NCBI GenBank assembly: GCA_965224245.1
Contig: OZ245046.1
Location: 2,176,001 to 2,240,000, forward strand
DNA: 64,000 bases
Direction: 5' to 3'
From: Candidatus Eiseniibacteriota bacterium
Lineage (GTDB): Bacteria > Eisenbacteria > RBG-16-71-46 > CAZAMP01
Made by a program: the position numbers and the translations under genes. Shown in pieces: positions 43,531 to 52,629 of this stretch (within the stretch, counting starts at the first letter, position 1; each line of letters begins with the position of its first letter). The notes beneath the pieces are model-generated. The model was not told the DNA's origin and did no database searches. It worked only from the letters and a program-made list of their open reading frames with translations.

Positions 43531-44016
43531 AAGCCGAGTTCTGTTAGGGTTTTTCATGACCCCGGCGATCATTTGTCTCGAAGCGCCGTTACCGACGCCC
43601 TCGTCGGACCCCGCGCGAGCGCACGAGATCCACTAGCGACCTACCCGAGGGTCCAGCGAGACGGGCCGCCTCTTCCCTCCTATTTGGTCTTGCTCCGGAT
43701 GGGGTTTGCCGAGCCGCCGAGGTCGCCCCCGACGCTGGTGAGCTCTTACCTCACCGTTTCACCCTCACCGGCCGACGGACCCCTCACGGAGCTCACGCCC
43801 CGAGCGGGCCCGGAGGGCCTCCTCGCACGAAGCTGGAGACACTCGACGCAACCTAGAATTACGTCACGGCTTAGGCGGTCTACTCTCTGTTGCACTTTCC
43901 GTGGGATCGCTCCCCCTGGCCGTTAGCCAGCATCCTGCCCTGTGGAGCTCGGACTTTCCTCACCGGCGTTCGGGCGCGAACGCCCGCCACCGGCGCGATC
44001 ACCCGGCCTCCTTCCG
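43517..44016 (-). ncRNA. rnpB: RNase P RNA (bacterial type A, with expansions)
   Basis: GAGGAAAGUCCGAGCUC, GAAAGUGCAACAGA, GGGUGAAACGG..GGUAAGAGC, GGCAAACCCC and ACAGAACUCGGCUUA universal motifs. 12-bp P1 helix cggaaggaggcc/ggccuccuuccg. Confidence 0.97.
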
Positions 44017-44028
44017 AAACCAGTCGCG

Positions 44029-44057
44029 AGCATAGCGACGATGGGGCCCCTTCGCAA
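44029..44057 (-). promoter_or_regulatory. Sigma70 promoter of rnpB
   Basis: TTGCGA-N17-TATGCT, 12 nt upstream of the P1 5' strand. Confidence 0.7.
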
Positions 44058-44311
44058 AGCGAAGCCGGGAGTCCCCGCCGCTGCACGCATGGTTGTGGTA
44101 ACCGACGGCCGAGCCTGGAGTTCCGCAGAGTCCCGTCCGGTCGGTCCGACCTCACCTCATTGTCGGGCGCTCGCGGGGCGATCTCGACCTCGCAGCGCCC
44201 CGGGGCGCGACGTGCGGTCCGGGGCGATGCCCCCGTTCCCCTGATGACGGCTCGACTCCCATCCGGTCCGCGGAGAGCGCCGTACACGACCCGAAAACGA
44301 AGGAGTTCGAC

Positions 44312-46132
44312 GTGACGTCAGGGACATCGATTGCTCGTCTCGCGCCGGCCCTCGGCCTTTTCGCCGGCACCGCCGCCGCCGCCGCGCCGATCTCACCGAT
44401 CGTCGAGTTCCTCGGCCAGCGGTTCTACCTCTCCGATGCCGGCATCCCCGCCTCGCAGGACATCGCGTTTCGCCGATCCGACCAGACGATCCTGACCGGC
44501 GCGGGCCACGTGATGGTCTGCGGTGGCGCCGCGTCCGCGGCCCAGGGGGACCAGGGCATCGCGGTGGATCCCGTCACCGACGAGTTCTGGTTCGTCACCA
44601 ACACCGGGGACGTCCGGCGCATCACCGACGAAGGGGGCATGTCATTCGCGAGCGAGCGCGTGTTCCTGATCCCCGACGAGTTCACGGTTCCCGGCGTCGG
44701 CGTGCAGACCGTGCACTCCCCTCGCGGGCTGGCGCTGGACGACACACACGTGTACGTCGTGGACGCGGGACCCGACCTCGGCGAGCCGACCTCGAACGCG
44801 TGGTTCAAGTTCGAGCGGGACGGAACGCCGGTCAGCTCCAGCGCGCTCACCGACTTCACCGACCATCTCGACTTCGGCTTCGACTCGGTCGTCGACGGAA
44901 TCGCCTGGCTGCCGCCGGACGCGCCGTACGCCGCCGGGCTCTTTCTCGTCGCCGTCGAGCACAGCGGGATCGTCGTGATCGACGCGGACGGGTTCTTCGT
45001 CACCCGCATCGACTGGGACGAGGTCGGACTGCCGGCCGGCGTGATCCCGTTCGCGTTCTCGGGCGTGGCGATGGATCCGGACACGGGCGATCTGTACCTG
45101 GTCGAGAACGCAGGCAGCCTGTGTCAGGTCTGGAACCGCCTGCCGTCCGAGCCTGTCCCGGTGCTGTACGCCGCCGGCGGCGGACGCCTCCAGGTGTTCG
45201 GCCCGGACGCTCGTTGCCGCCGGAGCCTCAGCTACCCGGTTCCCGAGGACCCGGTGTTCGGCCTCGCGTATCAGCCCGAGAGCGGCCTCCTCTTCGCGGC
45301 CGCGTACAACACCGGCGAGATGTTCGCGGTCGATCCGCGCGCCGGGATCTCCACGAGCGTCGGCACGAGCATGATCAACGTCTGGGGACTCGACTGGGAT
45401 CCCTCGCGCGAGGTGTTCTTCGCCGCCCGCTCGGGTCAGCTGTACACGATCGATCCCGTCACCTACGTGGCCGACCCCCTCCCGTCACCGATCGGGTACT
45501 TCACGACCGACATCGCGTACAACCCCGACACCGATCGGCTGAACGCGATCGTGTTCATCCCGGCCCGCGACGACGCGCGCGGCGGCGACACCTGGCTGAT
45601 CGAGATCGACCCGGTGACCGGCGCCGGAGCGCCGGTCGTGACCACCGTGTCCGGTGATGGGATCGCCTACGATCCGGACTCGGGCAGCCTGATCACGATC
45701 GTCAGGGGATCCTCACACCAGTTCCACGCCGTGGATCCGTCGTCGGGTGTCGCGATGCCGCTCCCGCAGTACGGGACGCCGACGTACTGGGAAGCGCTGG
45801 CCATCGTGCCCGGCGAGAGCACGCTCCTGGGGACGCCCTCCGTGACGCCGCCGACGTCGCGCGTGACCGCCGTGCGCGCGATCCCGAACCCGACCCGCGC
45901 CGCCACGTCGTTCCTGATGCCGCCGTCGCTTCGCGGGCCCGTGCGGATGACGATCGTGGACGCCGCCGGCCGGCGTGTCGACGCCGTCGGGGTCTCACGG
46001 GTCGATGGACGCGGCTCGGTGACGTGGGACGCGCGTGACGCGGGCGGCCGGCCGATCCCGTCGGGCATCTACTACGTCGACGTCGCGACGCCGGGGGGCC
46101 GGGCCCGGGGACGCGTCATGGTGCTGCGATAG
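44312..46132 (+). CDS. Secreted double beta-propeller protein with a C-terminal FlgD-Ig/T9SS-like domain
   Basis: AAGGAG RBS, signal peptide, repeated G(I/L)A(Y/W)DP blades, C-terminal PNP...IVDAAGRRV...WDARDAGGRPIPSGIYY. Confidence 0.8.
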   Translation: MTSGTSIARLAPALGLFAGTAAAAAPISPIVEFLGQRFYLSDAGIPASQDIAFRRSDQTILTGAGHVMVCGGAASAAQGDQGIAVDPVTDEFWFVTNTGDVRRITDEGGMSFASERVFLIPDEFTVPGVGVQTVHSPRGLALDDTHVYVVDAGPDLGEPTSNAWFKFERDGTPVSSSALTDFTDHLDFGFDSVVDGIAWLPPDAPYAAGLFLVAVEHSGIVVIDADGFFVTRIDWDEVGLPAGVIPFAFSGVAMDPDTGDLYLVENAGSLCQVWNRLPSEPVPVLYAAGGGRLQVFGPDARCRRSLSYPVPEDPVFGLAYQPESGLLFAAAYNTGEMFAVDPRAGISTSVGTSMINVWGLDWDPSREVFFAARSGQLYTIDPVTYVADPLPSPIGYFTTDIAYNPDTDRLNAIVFIPARDDARGGDTWLIEIDPVTGAGAPVVTTVSGDGIAYDPDSGSLITIVRGSSHQFHAVDPSSGVAMPLPQYGTPTYWEALAIVPGESTLLGTPSVTPPTSRVTAVRAIPNPTRAATSFLMPPSLRGPVRMTIVDAAGRRVDAVGVSRVDGRGSVTWDARDAGGRPIPSGIYYVDVATPGGRARGRVMVLR

Positions 46133-46180
46133 CCCGGCGCCCGGCGAAGCCCACGACTCGGCGCGCGGTCGATCGTCGCA

Positions 46181-46663
46181 TCAGGCCGCGCGCCCCCGGG
46201 ACGATCGGTCGCGAGCCACCGCCGACAGCAGTCCCTCGACCCGTCGTCCGATCTCGTCGCGCATCTCGCGAGCCAGGATCCAGCGTTCGTCGGGCGTCCC
46301 GGTCAGCGACGCGAAGTCGCGAACCGCCCACGCGTGACGGACGGCCCACGACCGGTACAGAGCACCCACGTGGGCCCGGAACAGCGGGCAGATCACGTGG
46401 ATGGACGCGCTGCACATCGTGACCACGTGATCGAAGCACTCACCGCGGCGGAAGCGCTCGAACACCTGAGGAGGAGGCTCGGTGTCGACCTCCTGGCCGA
46501 TCTCTCGCATCAGGCGTGACGGCAGATCCCCGATGGGTCCCGGCTCGAACGATGCGCTCTGGGCGCGGATCGCCTCTCCGCCCAGTGCCTCGGCGAAGCT
46601 CTGCGCGATCATGGCCCGTGCGCCCCGACGCGAGCAGACGAAGAGGATTCGCGACGGTGTCAT
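46181..46663 (-). CDS. Divergent ArsC/LMW-phosphatase-fold protein
   Basis: ILFVCSRRGARA (CX5R), MREIG, FDHVVTMC..(x7)..CP and MRDEI motifs. Confidence 0.75.
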   Translation of the reverse strand: MTPSRILFVCSRRGARAMIAQSFAEALGGEAIRAQSASFEPGPIGDLPSRLMREIGQEVDTEPPPQVFERFRRGECFDHVVTMCSASIHVICPLFRAHVGALYRSWAVRHAWAVRDFASLTGTPDERWILAREMRDEIGRRVEGLLSAVARDRSSRGRAA

Positions 46664-46864
46664 GACGGCGCCCTCCCGGCTCTGAGGACTCGGATTGGGC
46701 ACACGTGTCTCAATAGCTCGGCCGGCGGAGGCAGCCGACCCAGACCGATCCCCGGGACCGGCCGAGGCCGACCGCCCGAGAGGCCGTACCGGCCGTCGCC
46801 ACCCGTTCGTGCACCGAGGGCGCGGCGGTGACGCACCGGAGCGGGTGTCGATCGGGCTGGAGGG

Positions 46865-47554
46865 CTACCGATAGAGCCCCTTCACGAACGCCCAGCTCCC
46901 GTGGTGGATCGGCACCACGCTGTCCTCGTACAGCAGAAACGCCGACTCGTACGGGACGCCGAAGACCTCGTCGTTCGGAACGAAGTCGGGCCAGCCGAAG
47001 AACTCCGACTTGAAGAGACCCTGCATGCCGTTTCCGTCACCGGTCGACTCACCCCACTGCGGCGGGAAGCAGAAGATCGCCTGGAACCCGACGAAGTACC
47101 TCTGACCGTCCGCGATCGTGAAGGGGTCGAAGTTCGCGCAGTACCCGTTGGGATCACCGAGCGTCTCGTTGTAGTCGGTCGTCGTCACCTCGTACACGAG
47201 CTCGCCGGGCACGCCACCGGTCACGCTCTCCGGGTAGATCTTGATCCGGAACGCGTCGGGTGGCAGTGGGCTCCCGCCCCAGTACACACCCCACCAGCCC
47301 GTGCCGACGAGGTCGGACCCGGCGCCGAGGAAGTCGTCGACGACCTCCGAGACGAACGGGTAGCAGACGTCGTCCTGGGACGACAGCCCGCTGAGACCGT
47401 TCGGAGGCTGCTCGTAGTAGATCTCTCCGAAGCAATCGAACGCGTCGAGTCCGTCCGACGTGACCGTGTATGGCCCCGATGCCACGCCCGGCGTCTCCGC
47501 CGCCGCAGGAAGCACGATCACGATGCACGCCACGATGCCGATCAGCTGCCTCAC
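46865..47554 (-). CDS. Secreted jelly-roll-like protein with a C-terminal SWAFVKGLYR motif
   Basis: AAGGAGG RBS before GTG 47554; signal peptide ending AAA; VVDDF...GWWG...FRIKIY...GVPG. Confidence 0.8.
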   Translation of the reverse strand: MRQLIGIVACIVIVLPAAAETPGVASGPYTVTSDGLDAFDCFGEIYYEQPPNGLSGLSSQDDVCYPFVSEVVDDFLGAGSDLVGTGWWGVYWGGSPLPPDAFRIKIYPESVTGGVPGELVYEVTTTDYNETLGDPNGYCANFDPFTIADGQRYFVGFQAIFCFPPQWGESTGDGNGMQGLFKSEFFGWPDFVPNDEVFGVPYESAFLLYEDSVVPIHHGSWAFVKGLYR

Positions 47555-47900
47555 CGGTGCACCTCCTTCGAGTTGTCGGACCTCGGGCGGAGGCGCACGC
47601 GGCCGCCGCCGCGACGCTTCCGGTCGGGGTCGATGTCGAACCGAAAGGCGGGCCCTCTGCCGGAGTGCCCGTCGAATGGGAGATTCAAGCATCTCGGCGG
47701 GTCTCCGGCGATGATGCATCGGCATCATGAGGGACCGTGCCCACCGGTCGTGGGATCAAGCGCCCGCCGGGGTCCATCGGGGCGGTCACCGCTTCCGGGG
47801 CTGCGACGGTCGTGCGTCCGGGGTAGACTCGCGCGGTCGTGCCACTGCTTCCCGCCGCTCGGCGCGATGCCGACGGCGCCGCTCGAGAGGACGATTTCGG

Positions 47901-48911
47901 GTGATTGCGTCACGTCTTGGGCCGCGCCTCGGCCCGCTGGTCGCCGGTGTGGCCGTCCTCACCTGCTCCTGCTCCCACGCCCCGCCGGCGACATCGGACG
48001 TCGAGCCCGGCGCCATCGAGGGCGAAGCCGCCGCACGCCTCACGGACGCGCACTCCACCGGCGAGCACGGCCCCGCCCCTCGCGATACGACCGCGTCCGG
48101 CACGTTCGTGTTCGCGGCGTTCGAGGACATGGCGTGGTCACTCCGCGTGGCCGATCGCCACGGCGAGGAGGTCACGCGGATTCCCTTCGGCGGCGACGAG
48201 ATCCTCCTGGTCGGCGTGAGCGACGACGGTCACATCCTCTACTCCGACACCGCGCGATCGAACCTCGTGGCGATCGACGACTCCGGTCGCGTTCACTCGG
48301 AGTGGACCGCCGACGAGCTCGCCCGTCGGCTCGGATACCGCTGGGGCTACTCCGGCGACCCGGGGGCCGATCGCGCGGATCGGCTGACGCCGATGCGCGC
48401 ATTCCTGCACCGGGACGGCCGGCTCGAGCTGCTCGTGAAGTGCCGGATCCCCGAGCGCGCCACGACCCGTGACGGGGCGGAGTCGGAGACGTACCGCTAC
48501 GACACGATCCTCGTCCACTGGGACGCCGGCGGGCGCGAGCGGTGGCGATCGCCCGGCGGACGGATCGTGGACTTCGCGCCGTCGCCCGGCGGCGGCACGA
48601 TCCTCGCCTTCGACGTCGGTGTCCTCGAGCTCGACGACGACTCCCGACTCGTGCGCCAGGTGTCTCATCCCGCCGGCATCCGGACCATCTCGGTGTCGGT
48701 CGACGACGACGGTCGGCTCCTGGCCTGCCTCGCGATCCCCGACGGGGCTCCCGGCTTCGACGAGGCCCACGTGAGCCCGGGCAAGCCCGGCCGGATCGCC
48801 CGCGTGGGCGAGCTCGACTGGAACGGGCGATGGACGTGGTCCTTCCCGCATCCGTGCCCCGAGAGCATCCAGTCGATCCCGGGGGATCGGCTCCTGGTGG
48901 GCGGGGGCTGA
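47901..48911 (+). CDS. Hypothetical lipoprotein, possible partial beta-propeller
   Basis: GAGAGGA before GTG 47901; hydrophobic N-terminus ending in CSC; D.G...W blade-like repeats. Confidence 0.55.
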   Translation: MIASRLGPRLGPLVAGVAVLTCSCSHAPPATSDVEPGAIEGEAAARLTDAHSTGEHGPAPRDTTASGTFVFAAFEDMAWSLRVADRHGEEVTRIPFGGDEILLVGVSDDGHILYSDTARSNLVAIDDSGRVHSEWTADELARRLGYRWGYSGDPGADRADRLTPMRAFLHRDGRLELLVKCRIPERATTRDGAESETYRYDTILVHWDAGGRERWRSPGGRIVDFAPSPGGGTILAFDVGVLELDDDSRLVRQVSHPAGIRTISVSVDDDGRLLACLAIPDGAPGFDEAHVSPGKPGRIARVGELDWNGRWTWSFPHPCPESIQSIPGDRLLVGGG

Positions 48912-49134
48912 AGCGAGACCGCGGCCGAGTTCGGTCGCGACGGGACGCGGGTCCGGGACTTCGACGACGCCACCGGCGGCATCGTGTTCCGGGCGCCAGT
49001 CCCGCCGGTGCGGTGAGGCCGTTGCGGTCGGTCCGTTCGGGACGGGCGCCGACCGGTCCGACGGCCAGCCGCGTCTCCGGAACGAAGCCCGAGGGGTGAC
49101 GCTCGAGCCTCCTCCAGGTCGTGTCCCACGAAAC

Positions 49135-49163
49135 CTGACGGTGCGACCTCCCCCTGATAAGAT
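49135..49163 (+). promoter_or_regulatory. Candidate extended -10 promoter of the ECF gene (leaderless)
   Basis: CTGACG-N17-TAAGAT with TGn; ATG lies 7 nt after the -10 box; no SD sequence. Confidence 0.55.
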
Positions 49164-49170
49164 CCCCGGC

Positions 49171-49767
49171 ATGGACGATCAACGCCCACGGTCCGACGAT
49201 CCCGCGCTCGACGCCACGCAGCTCCTCGTGCGCATCGGAGACGGAGACACGGCTGCGATCGACGATCTCCTGCCTCTCGTCTACGATCAGCTCCGCGCGA
49301 TCGCGGCCCGCTCGTTTCGCGGTCAGCCGGCCGAGCACACGCTCCAGCCAACCGCGCTCGTCCACGAGGCGTTCCTGAAGATGATCCGGAACCCCGACGC
49401 GCAGTGGAAGAACAGCGGTCACTTCTTCGCGGTGGCGGCCACCGCCATGCGGCAGATCCTGACCGACCATGCGCGCGGCAAAGCCCGCGCCAAGCGCGGC
49501 GGTGACGCGGAGCACGTCTCGCTGGGTCAGGTCGAGTCGCCGTCGGGCAACGAGCGCCTCGACATCCTGGACCTCGAGCGGGCACTGACCCGACTGGCCT
49601 CGTTCGACCCCCGACAGGCCCGGATCATCGAGCTCTGGTTCTTCGCCGGGCAGACCGTCGAGGAGATCGCCGGCATCCTCCAGGTGTCGAGCCGCACGAT
49701 CCGCCGCGACTGGATGCACGCCCGTGCGTGGCTGAACCGCGAGCTCGCTGGAACCGGACCTGCATGA
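49171..49767 (+). CDS. ECF sigma factor of the kinase-associated type (ECF43/TIGR02999-like)
   Basis: LLPLVYDQLRAIA, HTLQPTALVHEAFLK, HFFAVAATAMRQILTDHAR and RDWMHARAWL motifs. Confidence 0.92.
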   Translation: MDDQRPRSDDPALDATQLLVRIGDGDTAAIDDLLPLVYDQLRAIAARSFRGQPAEHTLQPTALVHEAFLKMIRNPDAQWKNSGHFFAVAATAMRQILTDHARGKARAKRGGDAEHVSLGQVESPSGNERLDILDLERALTRLASFDPRQARIIELWFFAGQTVEEIAGILQVSSRTIRRDWMHARAWLNRELAGTGPA

Positions 49768-52376
49768 GCGCCGACGAACGCTTCGCCGAGGTCAAGGCGA
49801 TCTTCGATGCCGCGCTCGATCTTCCGGCCTCCGAGCGCACGGCGTTCCTGCGTGAGCGGTGCGGAGCCGACGACGCGCTCCGCCGCGACGTCGAGTCGCT
49901 GCTCGCGTTCGAGGAATCGGGCGACGGGTTCCTCAAGGACGCGCACCGCGGCGCGGGCCCCGCGATGCTGGCCGATGAGATGGCCATCGCATCCGATGCC
50001 AGCATCCCCGATCGGATCGCCCAGTACCGGATCCTGCGCAAGATCGGCGAGGGCGGGATGGGCGTGGTCTACGAGGCCGAGCAGGAGAGCCCGCGACGGC
50101 GCGTCGCGCTCAAGGTGATCCGCTCGGCGTTCCTCACCGACGAGGTCGTCAAGCGCTTTCGCCACGAGGTGCAGCTGCTCGGACAGCTCGACCACGCCGG
50201 CGTGGCCCACATCTACGAGGCGGGCACGGCCACCATTCGGGACAGCTCGTGGCCGTTCTTCGCGATGGAGCTCGTGGACGGTCGCCCCCTCGACCACCAC
50301 GCGACCTCGGTCGGTCTCTCGGTCGAGGAGCGGCTGGAGCTCCTGGCCCGCGTGGCCGATGCCGTCCACCACGCTCACGCGAAGGGCATCGTGCACCGCG
50401 ATCTGAAGCCCGCCAACGTGCTCGTGAAGTCGGTGCGAAGCGACGAGACCACCTCGCCCACCGGAGAGCCGGATCGGATCGGTCAGCCCAAGGTCCTCGA
50501 CTTCGGCGTGGCCAGGGCCACCGACGCCGACATCCAGATCACCACCGTGCAGACACACGCCGGGCAGATCGTGGGGACCCTCGCCTACATGAGCCCCGAG
50601 CAGGTCGAGGGCCGGCGGGACATCGACCGGCGATGCGACGTGTACTCCCTCGGCGTGATCCTGTACGAGCTGCTGGCGGGTCGACGGCCGTTCGACCTGA
50701 CGGGGCGGCCGGTGGCCGAGGCGGCCCGGATGATCGTCGACGACGATCCGACCTCGCTCGGCGACGACGTGCCATCGCTTCGCGGAGACGTGGCCACCAT
50801 CGTGGCCAAGGCGATGGAGAAGGACCGCGCGCGCCGCTACGACTCGACGGCCGAACTCGCCGAGGACATCCGCCGCTTCCTGCGCTCCGAGCCGATCAGC
50901 GCCCGCCCCGCGAGCCGCTCGTATCGCGTACGGCGCTTCGTCCGGCGGAACCGTCCGCTGGTGGCCGGACTCGCTGCCGCGTTCGTGGCGCTCGCCGCGG
51001 GGCTCGTGGCCACGACGGTACTCCTGTTGAAGACGCGCGAGGAGCGGGACGCGAAGGTCGCGGCGCTCGAACGCTCGGACGCGGTGACCGAGTTCCTGTC
51101 GGACATGCTGCTCGCGGCGGACCCCGGCCTCGAGGGCCGTGACGTGACCGTCCTCGAAGTGCTCGACCAGGCGAGCGCGGACGTCGGCGTGCAGTTCGCG
51201 GACCGGCCCGTTCTGGAGTCGGATCTCCGCGGCGTGATCGGCAACACCTACAACTCCCTCGGCGAGTACGCCCGGGCCGACTCGCACCTGACGGTCGCGC
51301 TCGCGCTCGCCACCGAGCACATGAGCCCCGACGACCCGCGCATCTACGAGATCAGCTCGATCCTGGGGGCGGTACGGTACTTCCAAGGGGATTACGAGTC
51401 GGCCCTCGAGTACTTCAACCACCATCTGGACGGATACGAGCGGGGCGCCCTGGAGAGGGACGGGTCCTACTCGGTCACCGTGCAGAACGTCGCGTTCCTG
51501 ACCATGAGCCTCGGGCACCTGGACGACGCGCGCGAGCTGTTTCAGACGGCTCTCGACTACTCCACCGAGCACGACGGTCCGGACGCCGAGGCGACCATCA
51601 CCATCGGCGCGAATCTCGCGATGCTCGAGCATCGCGCGCGGCGCTACGACGAGGCCGAGCGAATCTATCTCGACGCCATCGAGCGCTCGCGCCGGGTGCG
51701 CGGAAACGACCACCCCGAGACGCTTCTGCTGGTGGCCAACCTCGCGTCGCTGTACGGGCGCGTCGGACGGGAGGCCGAGGCGCTCCCGCTGCTCCAGGAG
51801 ACGTTGACCCAGCAGGAGTCGGTGTTCGGCCCCTCGCATTCGAAGACCCTGATCACGCTCGGCAACCTGGCCCAGTCGCTGGCCCGGGTCGGACGGACCG
51901 ACGAGGCGCGCACGCTCGTCGACGACGGGCTCGCGCGCTCGATCGAGGCCTATGGCGAGGGTGAACGCAGCACGCTCTTGATGACGGCCGCCAAGGCCGG
52001 CGTGCTGGATGCGTCGGGCGACCACGAGGGGGCGATCGCGCTCCTCGTCCCGAACCTCGCCGCGGTGCGAGCAACGATGGGCGACGGGTCGGACGCCGCC
52101 CGCCGCGACTGGTTCTCGATCCTGGCCGCCTATCGCGCGCTGGGCCGCGCCGACGACATCATCCGGGTGAGCCGGGAGTACGCCGACGCGATGGCGGCCG
52201 AGTTCGGCGAGGCGCACCCTCGAACGGTGGAGGCCCGGGTCACGCTCGCCCGCGCCTACCGCGACGACGATCGGCCCGAGCTCGCCGAGCGTGAGCTCGC
52301 CACGGCCCGGGCACAGGTCGGTGAGGCCACCGTCGACTCGGTGAACCGAGCGCTCGACGAGCGCCGCCACCGCTGA
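49764..52376 (+). CDS. Membrane Hanks-type Ser/Thr kinase with extracytoplasmic TPR repeats
   Basis: GEGGMGVVY, VALK, HRDLKPAN, DFG and YMSPE motifs, one TM helix, then G.DHP.T-type TPRs. ATGA overlap with the ECF gene. Confidence 0.95.
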   Translation: MSADERFAEVKAIFDAALDLPASERTAFLRERCGADDALRRDVESLLAFEESGDGFLKDAHRGAGPAMLADEMAIASDASIPDRIAQYRILRKIGEGGMGVVYEAEQESPRRRVALKVIRSAFLTDEVVKRFRHEVQLLGQLDHAGVAHIYEAGTATIRDSSWPFFAMELVDGRPLDHHATSVGLSVEERLELLARVADAVHHAHAKGIVHRDLKPANVLVKSVRSDETTSPTGEPDRIGQPKVLDFGVARATDADIQITTVQTHAGQIVGTLAYMSPEQVEGRRDIDRRCDVYSLGVILYELLAGRRPFDLTGRPVAEAARMIVDDDPTSLGDDVPSLRGDVATIVAKAMEKDRARRYDSTAELAEDIRRFLRSEPISARPASRSYRVRRFVRRNRPLVAGLAAAFVALAAGLVATTVLLLKTREERDAKVAALERSDAVTEFLSDMLLAADPGLEGRDVTVLEVLDQASADVGVQFADRPVLESDLRGVIGNTYNSLGEYARADSHLTVALALATEHMSPDDPRIYEISSILGAVRYFQGDYESALEYFNHHLDGYERGALERDGSYSVTVQNVAFLTMSLGHLDDARELFQTALDYSTEHDGPDAEATITIGANLAMLEHRARRYDEAERIYLDAIERSRRVRGNDHPETLLLVANLASLYGRVGREAEALPLLQETLTQQESVFGPSHSKTLITLGNLAQSLARVGRTDEARTLVDDGLARSIEAYGEGERSTLLMTAAKAGVLDASGDHEGAIALLVPNLAAVRATMGDGSDAARRDWFSILAAYRALGRADDIIRVSREYADAMAAEFGEAHPRTVEARVTLARAYRDDDRPELAERELATARAQVGEATVDSVNRALDERRHR

Positions 52377-52629
52377 CGTCCAACGCCACTCGCCGGTCGC
52401 CCCACACAACCGAATTCTCCAAAACACCTTACGCGATTCGAAGCCCACCGCGGTCGAGCCTGATCGATCGTCGATCGACTTTTTTGGCCACTCGCTCCGG
52501 GAAACGTCGTGAACCGGGAGACGACCCGGGCCAGCCCGCCCGGATTCTCCCACGGCAGCGACACCGGCCCCGCCCGACGCGACCTCGAGGCCGCGAACCC
52601 CGGACGGGACCGGACCAGGAGGGAACACG

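Noticed and set aside
43880-44396. Small ORFs over and upstream of rnpB
   Set aside because: They overlap the RNase P RNA and its promoter and show no protein-like features.
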